The notes: generated by a model not told the origin, from the letters alone. A DNA stretch of 64,000 nt from an uncultured Bacteroidales bacterium (GCA_946187645.1 CAMHRP010000020.1:1780-65779); one strand, 5' to 3'; shown: positions 53,401-60,071, counted from the stretch's first letter. A program made the numbers and translations.

Positions 53401-53695
53401 CGACCCAACACCCAATCCAACACCTCCGACAGGAACTGGCGGCGAACCCGAGCCAACACCTGGCGGCACGAAGCACTACAAGAAAATCAAAATCAGTGGT
53501 AGTGTCCCCAAGGAGCAATGGACGCAACTGTGGACAAGCTTCCTCGTCCCCTTGAAGGACAACGGCCTGCACATCACCGTCGAGTTCGAAGCTCAGACCA
53601 CATCCAAAAACCCCTTGGACGAAAACTCCCATGTCATCAAATGCGTCAAGGAGTCTGCCGCACAACTTGGACTGGATTTTAAGGCAGAAGAATAA
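50411..53695 (+). CDS. DUF499-type AAA ATPase (COG1483) with N-terminal HEPN-like module
   Basis: TRNKCQHY (R107-x4-H112, nt 50729-50746) in a helical N-terminal ~140 aa. Walker A GFGGGKTHT, Walker B MILIDELADY, P/T-rich linker and a small C-terminal domain. Confidence 0.85.
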   Translation: MNENVFKALGVFLETMRPYVVSILQKYFPNEPWEGVMFAKLSADKQASWNRNAKEMQKTGAPSMGLIDFSNLTSFAFSFKELLVKEFGESKQANKFISYVQELEDTRNKCQHYQSIDEDEIVRTYSNIKMVARLIGDDDLYDEVTRISAPKAKPVEQPSVKTIEVRPESIIDDNSQVTPWFANVIPHYDISRSILDESIFAANLGDVAMGTAPEVYTNSASFFEKTYVTHGLRDIATRVVTALNGGVTENRVISLKTGFGGGKTHTLITLYHIVKCGSKMATMESCRDLLKEGLVPEFDNAKVAVFTNNTTDVAQGRQTDDGLTINTIWGEIAYQLGGVEAYKVVEENDRERIAPSSGVFQPILETTKPAMILIDELADYCVKASAKKVGAGNLYSQTLSFVQTLTEMVSSVSRCLLIVTLPESVVEVASTAIGQDILTSLEQRVIRVGSAIKPIEDEEVFEVVRRRLFDEIKDYTVVDDVARRYQRMYHNRYNDLPAQSDNNAYADKIRKSYPFHPELIEMFRLRWGSDPHFQRTRGVLRLLASIVQDLWRRRQNLTGTQSLIHTSDINLENLPTLTGTITNLMGSQWETVMHADVYGSASNAFKIDSNEMGSNTGLYSLTQGIANTILLASIGTFAKNGVTIKELKLCMLKPNAFNHNDIDGALNKYEQVAHYLHYSTIGEKRYWFHSKPNINIILNQAKNEINDDEKRTEIVRRLKNSCSFIPDLNVLIAPTGDIPEQKSLTLVLMGPEYAVPIDRLNAPVESYVKTNSLKRGEADRLYRNTMFYLVCSEQGKSNLDGKMRDYLGCVKVQNVYSASIEKDQRDEIQKRKDAFDKEAFDALVQAYAVVLRYTFDKGILRYDVKNYASDFSSQVMQNILPELKEEEWLLDAVGRGVLANNNLLPTGENPIRVKDFYEAFLKFDDKPMITGSEAIIQTINRYCSEGLFNVASGEKGNYDKVYSKERVPFLNVTDPDYWLVDKSITKEEPAPTQPTEPDPTPNPTPPTGTGGEPEPTPGGTKHYKKIKISGSVPKEQWTQLWTSFLVPLKDNGLHITVEFEAQTTSKNPLDENSHVIKCVKESAAQLGLDFKAEE

Positions 53696-54010
53696 ATGAG
53701 ATAAATAGGACAGCCCTGTCTCGATGCCCCGAAGGGGCGATAGCTACCACGGAGGCAGTCGGTGTGAATCCCTGCCGAAATGATAAACAATAAGAACACC
53801 TTCGACCAACCTGATGTCGTCAAGTATGAGCAGGAGCGGGGCTTGGTGGGATTGATGGCGACGGATAAACAATAGGGTTGTTGTGAAGATAGAGGAGTTG
53901 ATGGAGTTGAGTTTATTGTTTCTTTAGAGTGAAAGTTTGAGTTTAAAGGTAATAAACAGTAGTTTTAATCCGAACCTCAGAGATTGTATGTTTGTTTCAC
54001 TTTAATTCTA

Positions 54011-54018
54011 TATATTTG
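54011..54018 (+). promoter_or_regulatory. -7 box (TATATTTG) dedicated to the low-GC two-gene cassette
   Basis: TAnnTTTG 50 nt before the ATG at 54069. Confidence 0.5.
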
Positions 54019-54068
54019 CAATCTCAAAAGTGGTCCATAATAGTATTGTTTTTAATAAATGTATAAAG

Positions 54069-55241
54069 ATGAAATTAAATAATTTATTAATTTTACACGA
54101 CAAGAGAACTAATTGTATTTCTGTCTCTGCTACAACGGGAATTAAAGAGTATATTGCATGGTTTGAGGAATATGGCAAACAGAATAAGTTAGATGAACAA
54201 AGAACAGTGCTGAATACACGTTCTGGAAATATGATTCGTCATCGGTTAATTGAAGATCTAAAACAAGGTGCGCTTATACCACCATTGGTTATCGGTCTGG
54301 CTTTAAATGAGATGCCAAAATTGGAAAATGATGCTGATGTGAATGATGTTTTTGAAGCGAACAAAAGTGAAGCAACTGTTATTGACGGTATGCAACGCTC
54401 AGAGGCTTTGTCACAGGCTCTTCGTGAAAACTCGCAAATTGCTGATAGCACATTAAGGATAGATTTATGGATTGCTAAAGATACGGTTAGTCTAATTTAT
54501 AGGATGCTTGTCTTGAATACAGGACAAGTTCCATGGGACGTTAAAAGGCAAATGGAGGTAATTTACAAGCCTCTCGTTTCAGAGATAAGAAATAACGTGC
54601 CCAATATTAAGATTATCGTAAAAAACGATAATGAACGACGTACTGGACCTGGTGAATACCAAGCATCAAATATGATAGAATTGTTCATCGCTTTTACGAG
54701 TCGCAAAGAGATTGTATCACCTACTGAGCGTATAGCGGATGATTTTATTCGTTTGGATGTGGCAGATATGGCGGGGCAACCTGGAGTGTCGGAATTATTT
54801 TATAGAACTATCAGAATGATGGTCCAATTAGATTCTGCTTTTTCGAAATACCAAGGCACTGCTCAGTATGAAGAATCAGATCTCTTCAAAACAGGGAAAG
54901 ATATTTTCTCAAAGGTTACGGCACAGGTGGGTTTTGTTGTTGCTGTGGCGCAAAAAGTGATAGGAATGCCGGGAATGAATGAAAGAGACCAAGAGTTTCA
55001 AAACAGAACTATCATAGAGGTGGAAAAAAAAATCGAGCGGATCTGCGATAAAGTTTCAAAACTATCAGACGAAAAACTTGCTACATTTATGGCTTTTGAC
55101 TATTTGAATGAGCAAATCAGGAAATTGCCAACAAAAAAAATCGGCAATGCTCAAAGAGAATTTTTCAAGGCTGCTTTCAGAGCACTAATAGATACAACAA
55201 ATGATGTTGATAATTTATCATTTGCCTGGTTGGCATATTAA
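54069..55241 (+). CDS. ParB/Srx-fold protein of the DndB/DGQHR/DUF262 type
   Basis: QRTVLNTRSGNMIRHRLIEDLKQGALIPPLVIGLAL, ATVIDGMQRSEAL (DGMQR at 54384-54398), YRMLVLNTGQVPW, then a long helical C-terminal half. Low GC. Confidence 0.6.
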   Translation: MKLNNLLILHDKRTNCISVSATTGIKEYIAWFEEYGKQNKLDEQRTVLNTRSGNMIRHRLIEDLKQGALIPPLVIGLALNEMPKLENDADVNDVFEANKSEATVIDGMQRSEALSQALRENSQIADSTLRIDLWIAKDTVSLIYRMLVLNTGQVPWDVKRQMEVIYKPLVSEIRNNVPNIKIIVKNDNERRTGPGEYQASNMIELFIAFTSRKEIVSPTERIADDFIRLDVADMAGQPGVSELFYRTIRMMVQLDSAFSKYQGTAQYEESDLFKTGKDIFSKVTAQVGFVVAVAQKVIGMPGMNERDQEFQNRTIIEVEKKIERICDKVSKLSDEKLATFMAFDYLNEQIRKLPTKKIGNAQREFFKAAFRALIDTTNDVDNLSFAWLAY

Positions 55242-55246
55242 ACAAA

Positions 55247-56317
55247 ATGAGTAGAAGCGTGAACAAATCTCTAAAGCCTATTGTTGAATATCTAGCTAAC
55301 CGTATTCCTGAAATAACGGATACGAATAATTTCCAGATTTTTCTTAATGAAATCGAGTATGATCGAATAGAAAATAATAAAACAAGAAAACTGGCATCGT
55401 TTCGTCCAGACCCTAATAGATGCACGGCATTATATATTTGCGATGACAATTATTATTTTATTGAGTCAGGTTTTCCTGAATTATCAGATACTCCTGATTA
55501 CATCGGTGTAGATAATGAACAAGTGCTAGATTTGTATTATTTATATATCGCTGAGAATAAAATAGAAGCAAAAGAAGAATTAGATTCCGCATATATTTAT
55601 GATAGGGTCTTTAATGGAGATCCTATTCAGTATGAAACGTTGAGAGAGATATATCCATTGATTAGCATATATAAGGTATCTTGTGACGTAGATGTTCGTG
55701 CCATTACAAACGAACAAGCAAATAGCATACTTAAGAAGCTTACCCTAAAATATATTTGTCTTACATATCAGGTTCAATCCACAGATATTGTTAAACTATC
55801 AAAACAAACAATTGTTCTATTTTCTCAGATTTCTGACCAAAAGGATGACAACATCCCGATAGATAATGTGCTTCGGAGCATTTTGGCTTATCAATGGCAA
55901 TTTGTATTTTTGGATTTATATCGTTGTATAGAAAGACTTTCAGTGATCGGATGGGTCCATGATTATTCTCAATATTTCCAAACAGGTTTGTCGAAAGAGG
56001 AAATGTTTAATAGAATAAAAAAACGTGAAATGAAATATAATGAGGGCGAGATTTTGGATCATTTATTCACTCTATTAGATAACGACACGAAAATGTCTTT
56101 AGCAAGTATTACAAAAAAAAATGCGGCTTCTTTTATCTATAGTCAACGTAATGGAATAGTTCATTATCAAAAAACAGATATTAATCATAGTGATACTGAA
56201 TGGAATACTATAATTGTGTTTTTGCTTAATGCCATAATACAACTGTATAACAACTTGTCTGATGATATAAATGATTTAGGCGATATAGAATACTCAAGAA
56301 ATAAAACAGTGATGTAA
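55247..56317 (+). CDS. hypothetical protein with C-terminal HEPN-like R-x4-H motif
   Basis: 356 aa, 5 nt after the upstream stop. IYSQRNGIVHYQK (R301..H306, nt 56147-56164) is flanked by predicted helices (WQFVFLDLYRCIERL, EWNTIIVFLLNAIIQLY). The N-terminal 200 aa are unrecognisable to me. Confidence 0.6.
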   Translation: MSRSVNKSLKPIVEYLANRIPEITDTNNFQIFLNEIEYDRIENNKTRKLASFRPDPNRCTALYICDDNYYFIESGFPELSDTPDYIGVDNEQVLDLYYLYIAENKIEAKEELDSAYIYDRVFNGDPIQYETLREIYPLISIYKVSCDVDVRAITNEQANSILKKLTLKYICLTYQVQSTDIVKLSKQTIVLFSQISDQKDDNIPIDNVLRSILAYQWQFVFLDLYRCIERLSVIGWVHDYSQYFQTGLSKEEMFNRIKKREMKYNEGEILDHLFTLLDNDTKMSLASITKKNAASFIYSQRNGIVHYQKTDINHSDTEWNTIIVFLLNAIIQLYNNLSDDINDLGDIEYSRNKTVM

Positions 56318-56657
56318 TTGAAAACTAAAGCGAAATCAATCTAGAAATTGCATTTTAATTTTTTTATCATCTTGAAAAACGAGTTCAATATTTGCCTTGA
56401 GGTTGCGTTATTATTGGTCGTAGCTATTGATTCTAAATATGTTGACAAGTTTCCGAAGGGATGACATGCCTGCTGCACTGGTTCCAAAATGGAACAGGTG
56501 AGGCTGTTTTCGCGTGGAGTGCGGGAACGCCAAACCTTGACTGGGTTGGGCGCGCGGGCCACGGCCGACATGGCGGGGAAGTGTCCGCTTTGTGTGTTGG
56601 GTCCGATGATGTCGGCCTTGATTCTTCGGTTCCTTCTCATCAAGGAGAAGGAACAAG

Positions 56658-56817
56658 AAAACCGCAGCCACAGATGCCCACCATCGCACAGTCCAGCATC
56701 GGCATGACATGGCTGCTGGCTGGTGACTCGGAGCGATGACATGGCTGCTGCAACACCCCCGAAAAAGAAAAAAAGCCTATCCTCTTGCGGGTTCATGGAA
56801 AAGATGTATTTTTGCGG
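56658..56817. repeat. dispersed repeat element, copy 1 (about 160 bp, contains 2x ATGACATGGCTGCTG and a -7 box)
   Basis: It aligns with 57152-57310 at roughly 90% identity by eye. TATTTTTG at 56807-56814. Confidence 0.8.
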
Positions 56818-56893
56818 TGTCGTTCCGGCACGTTAAGGACGTACAGCGTCACGACCTGAAAGGGCAGCAGATAGCACCGGAAGACGAAAAACA

Positions 56894-56940
56894 TTGGCGG
56901 TTAGGGCCTAAACAGGTTGTTAACCGCCAATTTTTGTTTT
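56894..56940. terminator. perfect 10-bp hairpin with T-run (possibly bidirectional)
   Basis: TTGGCGGTTA-loop-TAACCGCCAA followed by TTTTTGTTTT, with A-rich sequence on the 5' side. Confidence 0.6.
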
Positions 56941-57081
56941 ATAGAAAGTCTTCATGGCCAACCTTTTCCTTCCCATGCGAGTGCATTCCACATAATAGTA
57001 TTCTTTTTCTAATGACCTACGATAGACAACTGTGTCGGGATATTTCCCTTGTACGATTTCGTCAGCGCCAGCAATAATCAT
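56920..57081 (-). CDS. possible small protein or gene remnant (53 aa)
   Basis: MIIAGADEIVQGKYPDTVVYRRSLEKEYYYVECTRMGRKRLAMKTFYKTKIGG. The composition is protein-like, it lies downstream of repeat copy 2 and ends in the hairpin. No family recognised. Confidence 0.3.
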   Translation of the reverse strand: MIIAGADEIVQGKYPDTVVYRRSLEKEYYYVECTRMGRKRLAMKTFYKTKIGG

Positions 57082-57091
57082 AGGAATAAGG

Positions 57092-57310
57092 CTGTAGTCG
57101 TTTGTTGTCGTTTGCCGTCGGATATGGTGTTGAAAAAGAGATAAATACAATAAACCGCAGCCATAGATGCCCGCCATCGCACAAACCCACGTCGGCATGA
57201 CATGGCTGCTGGCTGGTGACTCGGAGCGATGACATGGCAGCTGCAACACCCCCGAAAAAGAAAAAAACTTATCCTCTTGCGGGTTCATGGAAAAGTTGTA
57301 ATTTTGCAGG
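57092..57310. repeat. dispersed repeat element, copy 2 (full length, about 219 bp)
   Basis: The 5' part matches copy 3 (57985-58103) and the 3' part matches copy 1. TAATTTTG at 57299-57306. Confidence 0.8.
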
Positions 57311-57407
57311 CAGAAATAAGTCAGGAATCAGGTATGACTTTCCGAAAGTCCGCGCGGTGGCCTATCGTTTCAGTACGACTTACCTCCTGCATTCTGCGGC
57401 AAACCAT

Positions 57408-57466
57408 ACGGATGGAATTAGGATGAGAGAACACCGGAACAGGACTCTTTAGATTCCATCCGTTTT
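57408..57466. terminator. perfect 11-bp hairpin with short T-run
   Basis: ACGGATGGAAT-34 nt-ATTCCATCCGT followed by TTTT, 7 nt from the stop of the 57473-57904 gene. Confidence 0.55.
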
Positions 57467-57472
57467 CTATTG

Positions 57473-57904
57473 TCATGCCTGAATGACAGTAATACAGTAT
57501 TGTACTTTGTCTTTGGTTCGTCTTACTATACCGACCATCAGTTTGACTTCACCAACACCAGGGAGATCATATTTCATCCACAATAGTTTGTTGAATTGCT
57601 TTTGATTTTTGTCTTTAATCTTGGCTTTTACTGTTCGATACTTCTTTGCCATTGTTAAGATGGAATCCAATTGGAGTACTGCCAAGGTGGAAAGATAGCT
57701 TTTCGCCGCTTGATGACTGGTCTCATCTATTGAGACAAATCTAATATTGATGAAGTCCTTCAGAGACAGTTTGAACCTTTTCAGTGACGGGTTCTTCTTT
57801 TTCCAATCTTGATAAAATTGCCAAATGATTTGTTTCCTGATCTTGAAATCTTCTTTGCCATCGCCTGACGGAATCTCAATAGTTTTGTTGTCTTGCGCTT
57901 CCAT
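57473..57904 (-). CDS. hypothetical protein (143 aa, lysine-rich)
   Basis: Clean ORF preceded by a CATCTTTG promoter-like box and followed by a hairpin. No motif I can name with confidence. Confidence 0.6.
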   Translation of the reverse strand: MEAQDNKTIEIPSGDGKEDFKIRKQIIWQFYQDWKKKNPSLKRFKLSLKDFINIRFVSIDETSHQAAKSYLSTLAVLQLDSILTMAKKYRTVKAKIKDKNQKQFNKLLWMKYDLPGVGEVKLMVGIVRRTKDKVQYCITVIQA

Positions 57905-57984
57905 AATAGATATGAATTATCGTTCTCGCTGCAAAGATGAAAACTCTGTCAAGATAAAGACGTTGATTAAACGTTTGTTGTCGA

Positions 57985-58103
57985 CTGTAGTCGTTTGCTG
58001 TCGTTTGCTGTCGGATATAGTGTTGAAAAAGAGATAAATACAATAAACCGCAGCCATAGATACCCGCCATCGCACAAACCCACGTCGGCATGACATGGCT
58101 GCT
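57985..58103. repeat. dispersed repeat element, copy 3 (3'-truncated)
   Basis: CTGTAGTCGTTTGCTGTCGTTTGCTGTCGGATATAGTGTTGAAAAAGAGATAAATACAATAAACCGCAGCCATAGATACCCGCC...ATGACATGGCTGCT matches copy 2. Confidence 0.8.
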
Positions 58104-58420
58104 TCGCTCTATATCATCTGACTTCATGACTTGGTATCCATTTAACCACGACCGCTTTCACGGAATGCTGAAGTTGCTGCCCATACACCCCATCCTTCAC
58201 GTTTCTGAACCCCATAGTCTTTTAAGTTGAGATATGGGTGTAAAAAAGTTGAGATATGGGTCTTAACCTTTCGTGCACTCTCAGCTCCCGCTTTAGTTTG
58301 CATCTCCCAACTTTTAACTGCTAACTGAACAACTTTCAGCATTAACAGGAGGGGAGAATATTGTGACGTAAATGACAAAAAAATTTTTGTTTTTATGTTT
58401 GTAAAAATACAAATATGTTG

Positions 58421-58428
58421 TATTTTTG
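58421..58428 (+). promoter_or_regulatory. -7 box (TATTTTTG) pointing into the palindrome-rich region
   Basis: TAnnTTTG with no convincing ORF downstream. Confidence 0.4.
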
Positions 58429-58567
58429 CAAACCAATAGTCCAAAGGAACAATCACAAACTTGAAAACTCCTGCGAGCATCGACAACTGCAGGAGCGTAA
58501 TACTATGCCCTGTCGGTTTGCAAACGCGGAGTCCTTTGGTTTTCTCGACCTTTTCACACGTGCGAAC

Positions 58568-58702
58568 GGACGGAAAAAAACGTGGATCCCTCTTTTTGCA
58601 ATGCAAAAAGCCAGACCAGCGTCTTGCTGCGCCTTTTTGCACATGCAAATGGACGGAAAAAACCACGGATGTCCTTTTTTGCAATGCAAAAAGCCAGTCC
58701 AA
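58568..58702. repeat. two about 52-nt direct repeats (83-bp period), each with a TTTTTGCA-A-TGCAAAAA palindrome, plus a third TTTGCA-CA-TGCAAA palindrome between them
   Basis: GGACGGAAAAAAACGTGGATCCCTCTTTTTGCAATGCAAAAAGCCAGACCAG (58568-) versus GGACGGAAAAAACCACGGATGTCCTTTTTTGCAATGCAAAAAGCCAGTCCAA (58651-). Palindromes at 58593-58609, 58636-58649 and 58676-58692. Confidence 0.8.
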
Positions 58703-58853
58703 TGGTTTTGTCGACCTTTTCGCAATAAAAACGGGCAGAGGTGAGGACAGAAGTATAGGTTAGGAAAGTTGTAGGCTATTCTTATTGTATTTATCCGTCT
58801 AAACTGCACAAATCTGGTGCAATCTTCAATTATCCCAAATACTAAATCGACAA

Positions 58854-59663
58854 TCAATCTTGTACATCAGAAGAAACCGGCTTTTTCTTCCCAAACAACC
58901 ACTCAAACAACCCCGGTGTAGAAAAAGCCGCATCCCAACATACATGACCCATTTCGGGATAAGTGACCAGAATGGCCTCTTTGCTTCCGACTTCTTTCAA
59001 TACATTATACATCTGTATGCTCCGCGAAGGCATGACCACCTCATCGAGCAAACCATGAAAGATATAAACGGGCACATCTTTCATAGCCTCGGCGTATGCC
59101 GGGTCTCCCCCACCGCAGATGGCAATAGCCGCCGCAAACCTCTCCGGCCAACGTTGCAAGGCATCCCAAGTGCCAAAACCTCCCATGGAAATGCCGCAAA
59201 TGTAAACTTGAGTCGAATCCACGACACCAACATCAATTAGGCTGTCAAGCACGGCCATCACGCCACGCAGCTCTGACGTGGTCATGCTGTCCATCGTGTG
59301 CTCTGGCAAGCTCCAATCGGTATTCGCCCAGCGTCTGTCATTTGGGCATTGCGGAGCCATCAACAGGAAGGGATAACGGTTTGTCACGGTGTCGTCAAGG
59401 AAATACTTGATGCAATGCTTCAACTGCATACAATTGTCGTTGCCGCGTTCTCCTGCACCATGCAGGAAGATGACCAAAGGCAAGGCTTCAGTCATCGTAT
59501 CGGCTTTCTCTGAGCGATAGAGTCGAAACGGAAGCGTATCATTGCCTTCGATGTGATGACGGGCTTCAAACAGGCTTGTATCGGGCAATTGATTTTCGTT
59601 TTCTTGAGCCAACAAAAGAGGGCCGACCATCAACGTTAGCAGTAAAAAGAGGTTATGTTTCAT
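58854..59663 (-). CDS. alpha/beta hydrolase (carboxylesterase / prolyl-oligopeptidase-family esterase), secreted
   Basis: Signal peptide, LVIFLHGAGERGNDN, and the nucleophile elbow GISMGG. Confidence 0.85.
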   Translation of the reverse strand: MKHNLFLLLTLMVGPLLLAQENENQLPDTSLFEARHHIEGNDTLPFRLYRSEKADTMTEALPLVIFLHGAGERGNDNCMQLKHCIKYFLDDTVTNRYPFLLMAPQCPNDRRWANTDWSLPEHTMDSMTTSELRGVMAVLDSLIDVGVVDSTQVYICGISMGGFGTWDALQRWPERFAAAIAICGGGDPAYAEAMKDVPVYIFHGLLDEVVMPSRSIQMYNVLKEVGSKEAILVTYPEMGHVCWDAAFSTPGLFEWLFGKKKPVSSDVQD

Positions 59664-59701
59664 TGCATTACAGATGCTTATGTTTACGAAATCGACCGCC
59701 T

Positions 59702-59724
59702 ATAGATTCCCAAAGGGAATGACA
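59702..59724. repeat. REP-like palindromic element, short copy d
   Basis: ATAGATTCCCAAAGGGAATGACA. Confidence 0.6.
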
Positions 59725-59759
59725 TAGACGGCCGATTTCATAATGACACGTGATGTTGA

Positions 59760-60071
59760 TCAAGCCTGTGCAGTAGGCGTGCCCATCGGGAACTGGGCGA
59801 CATTGCTGCCCACATCCTGGATGGTGCCAAACTGCTGCTCGTATTTGGCGATATTGTCGGCCAAAGCCTTGTAGAGACGCTTGGCGTTCAAGGGGTTCAA
59901 AATCACTCTTGAGCGGACTTTCGCCTTAGGTGTGCCAGGCATCATCTGGGCGAAGTCGACGATAAATTCATTGGGCGAGTGGGTGATGATGGCGAGATTG
60001 GAGTATTTGCCCTCGGCCACTTCGTCGCTGATTTCAATATTCAGTTGGTTTTTCTGATTGTTGTTTTCCAT
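59760..60071 (-). CDS. DUF3467 domain protein
   Basis: YSNLAIITHSPNEFIVDFAQMMPG... and the conserved position downstream of rpoC in Bacteroidota. Confidence 0.85.
   Translation of the reverse strand: MENNNQKNQLNIEISDEVAEGKYSNLAIITHSPNEFIVDFAQMMPGTPKAKVRSRVILNPLNAKRLYKALADNIAKYEQQFGTIQDVGSNVAQFPMGTPTAQA

Noticed and set aside
53755-53800. A possible tRNA 3' fragment (GGTGTGAATCC resembles a T-loop) that could mark an integration site.
   Set aside because: No 5-bp T-stem with a 7-nt loop, acceptor arm or CCA can be drawn, so the resemblance is limited to a few bases.
56341-56796. ORFs spanning the dispersed repeat elements (56341-56796, 56411-56710, the N-terminal two thirds of 56920-57288, 57876-58127, 58142-58702, 58453-58857).
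   Set aside because: They overlap one another in different frames and are made of repeat-element sequence (the same SSHVMPTWVCAMAGIYGCGLLYLSLFQH string appears twice). They also lack start context. The region is treated as non-coding repeats.
57312-57470. A type I toxin-antitoxin reading of the convergent small-ORF and putative sRNA pairs.
   Set aside because: The 53-aa and 143-aa products are hydrophilic and lysine-rich, not membrane peptides, and the sRNAs are only predicted from promoter boxes and hairpins. This is kept as an open question inside the cassette-array finding rather than as a call.
58568-58702. Direct repeats that could be a CRISPR array.
   Set aside because: There are only two units with an 83-bp period. 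The units are AT-rich perfect palindromes, there is no spacer-repeat regularity, and there are no cas genes in the window.
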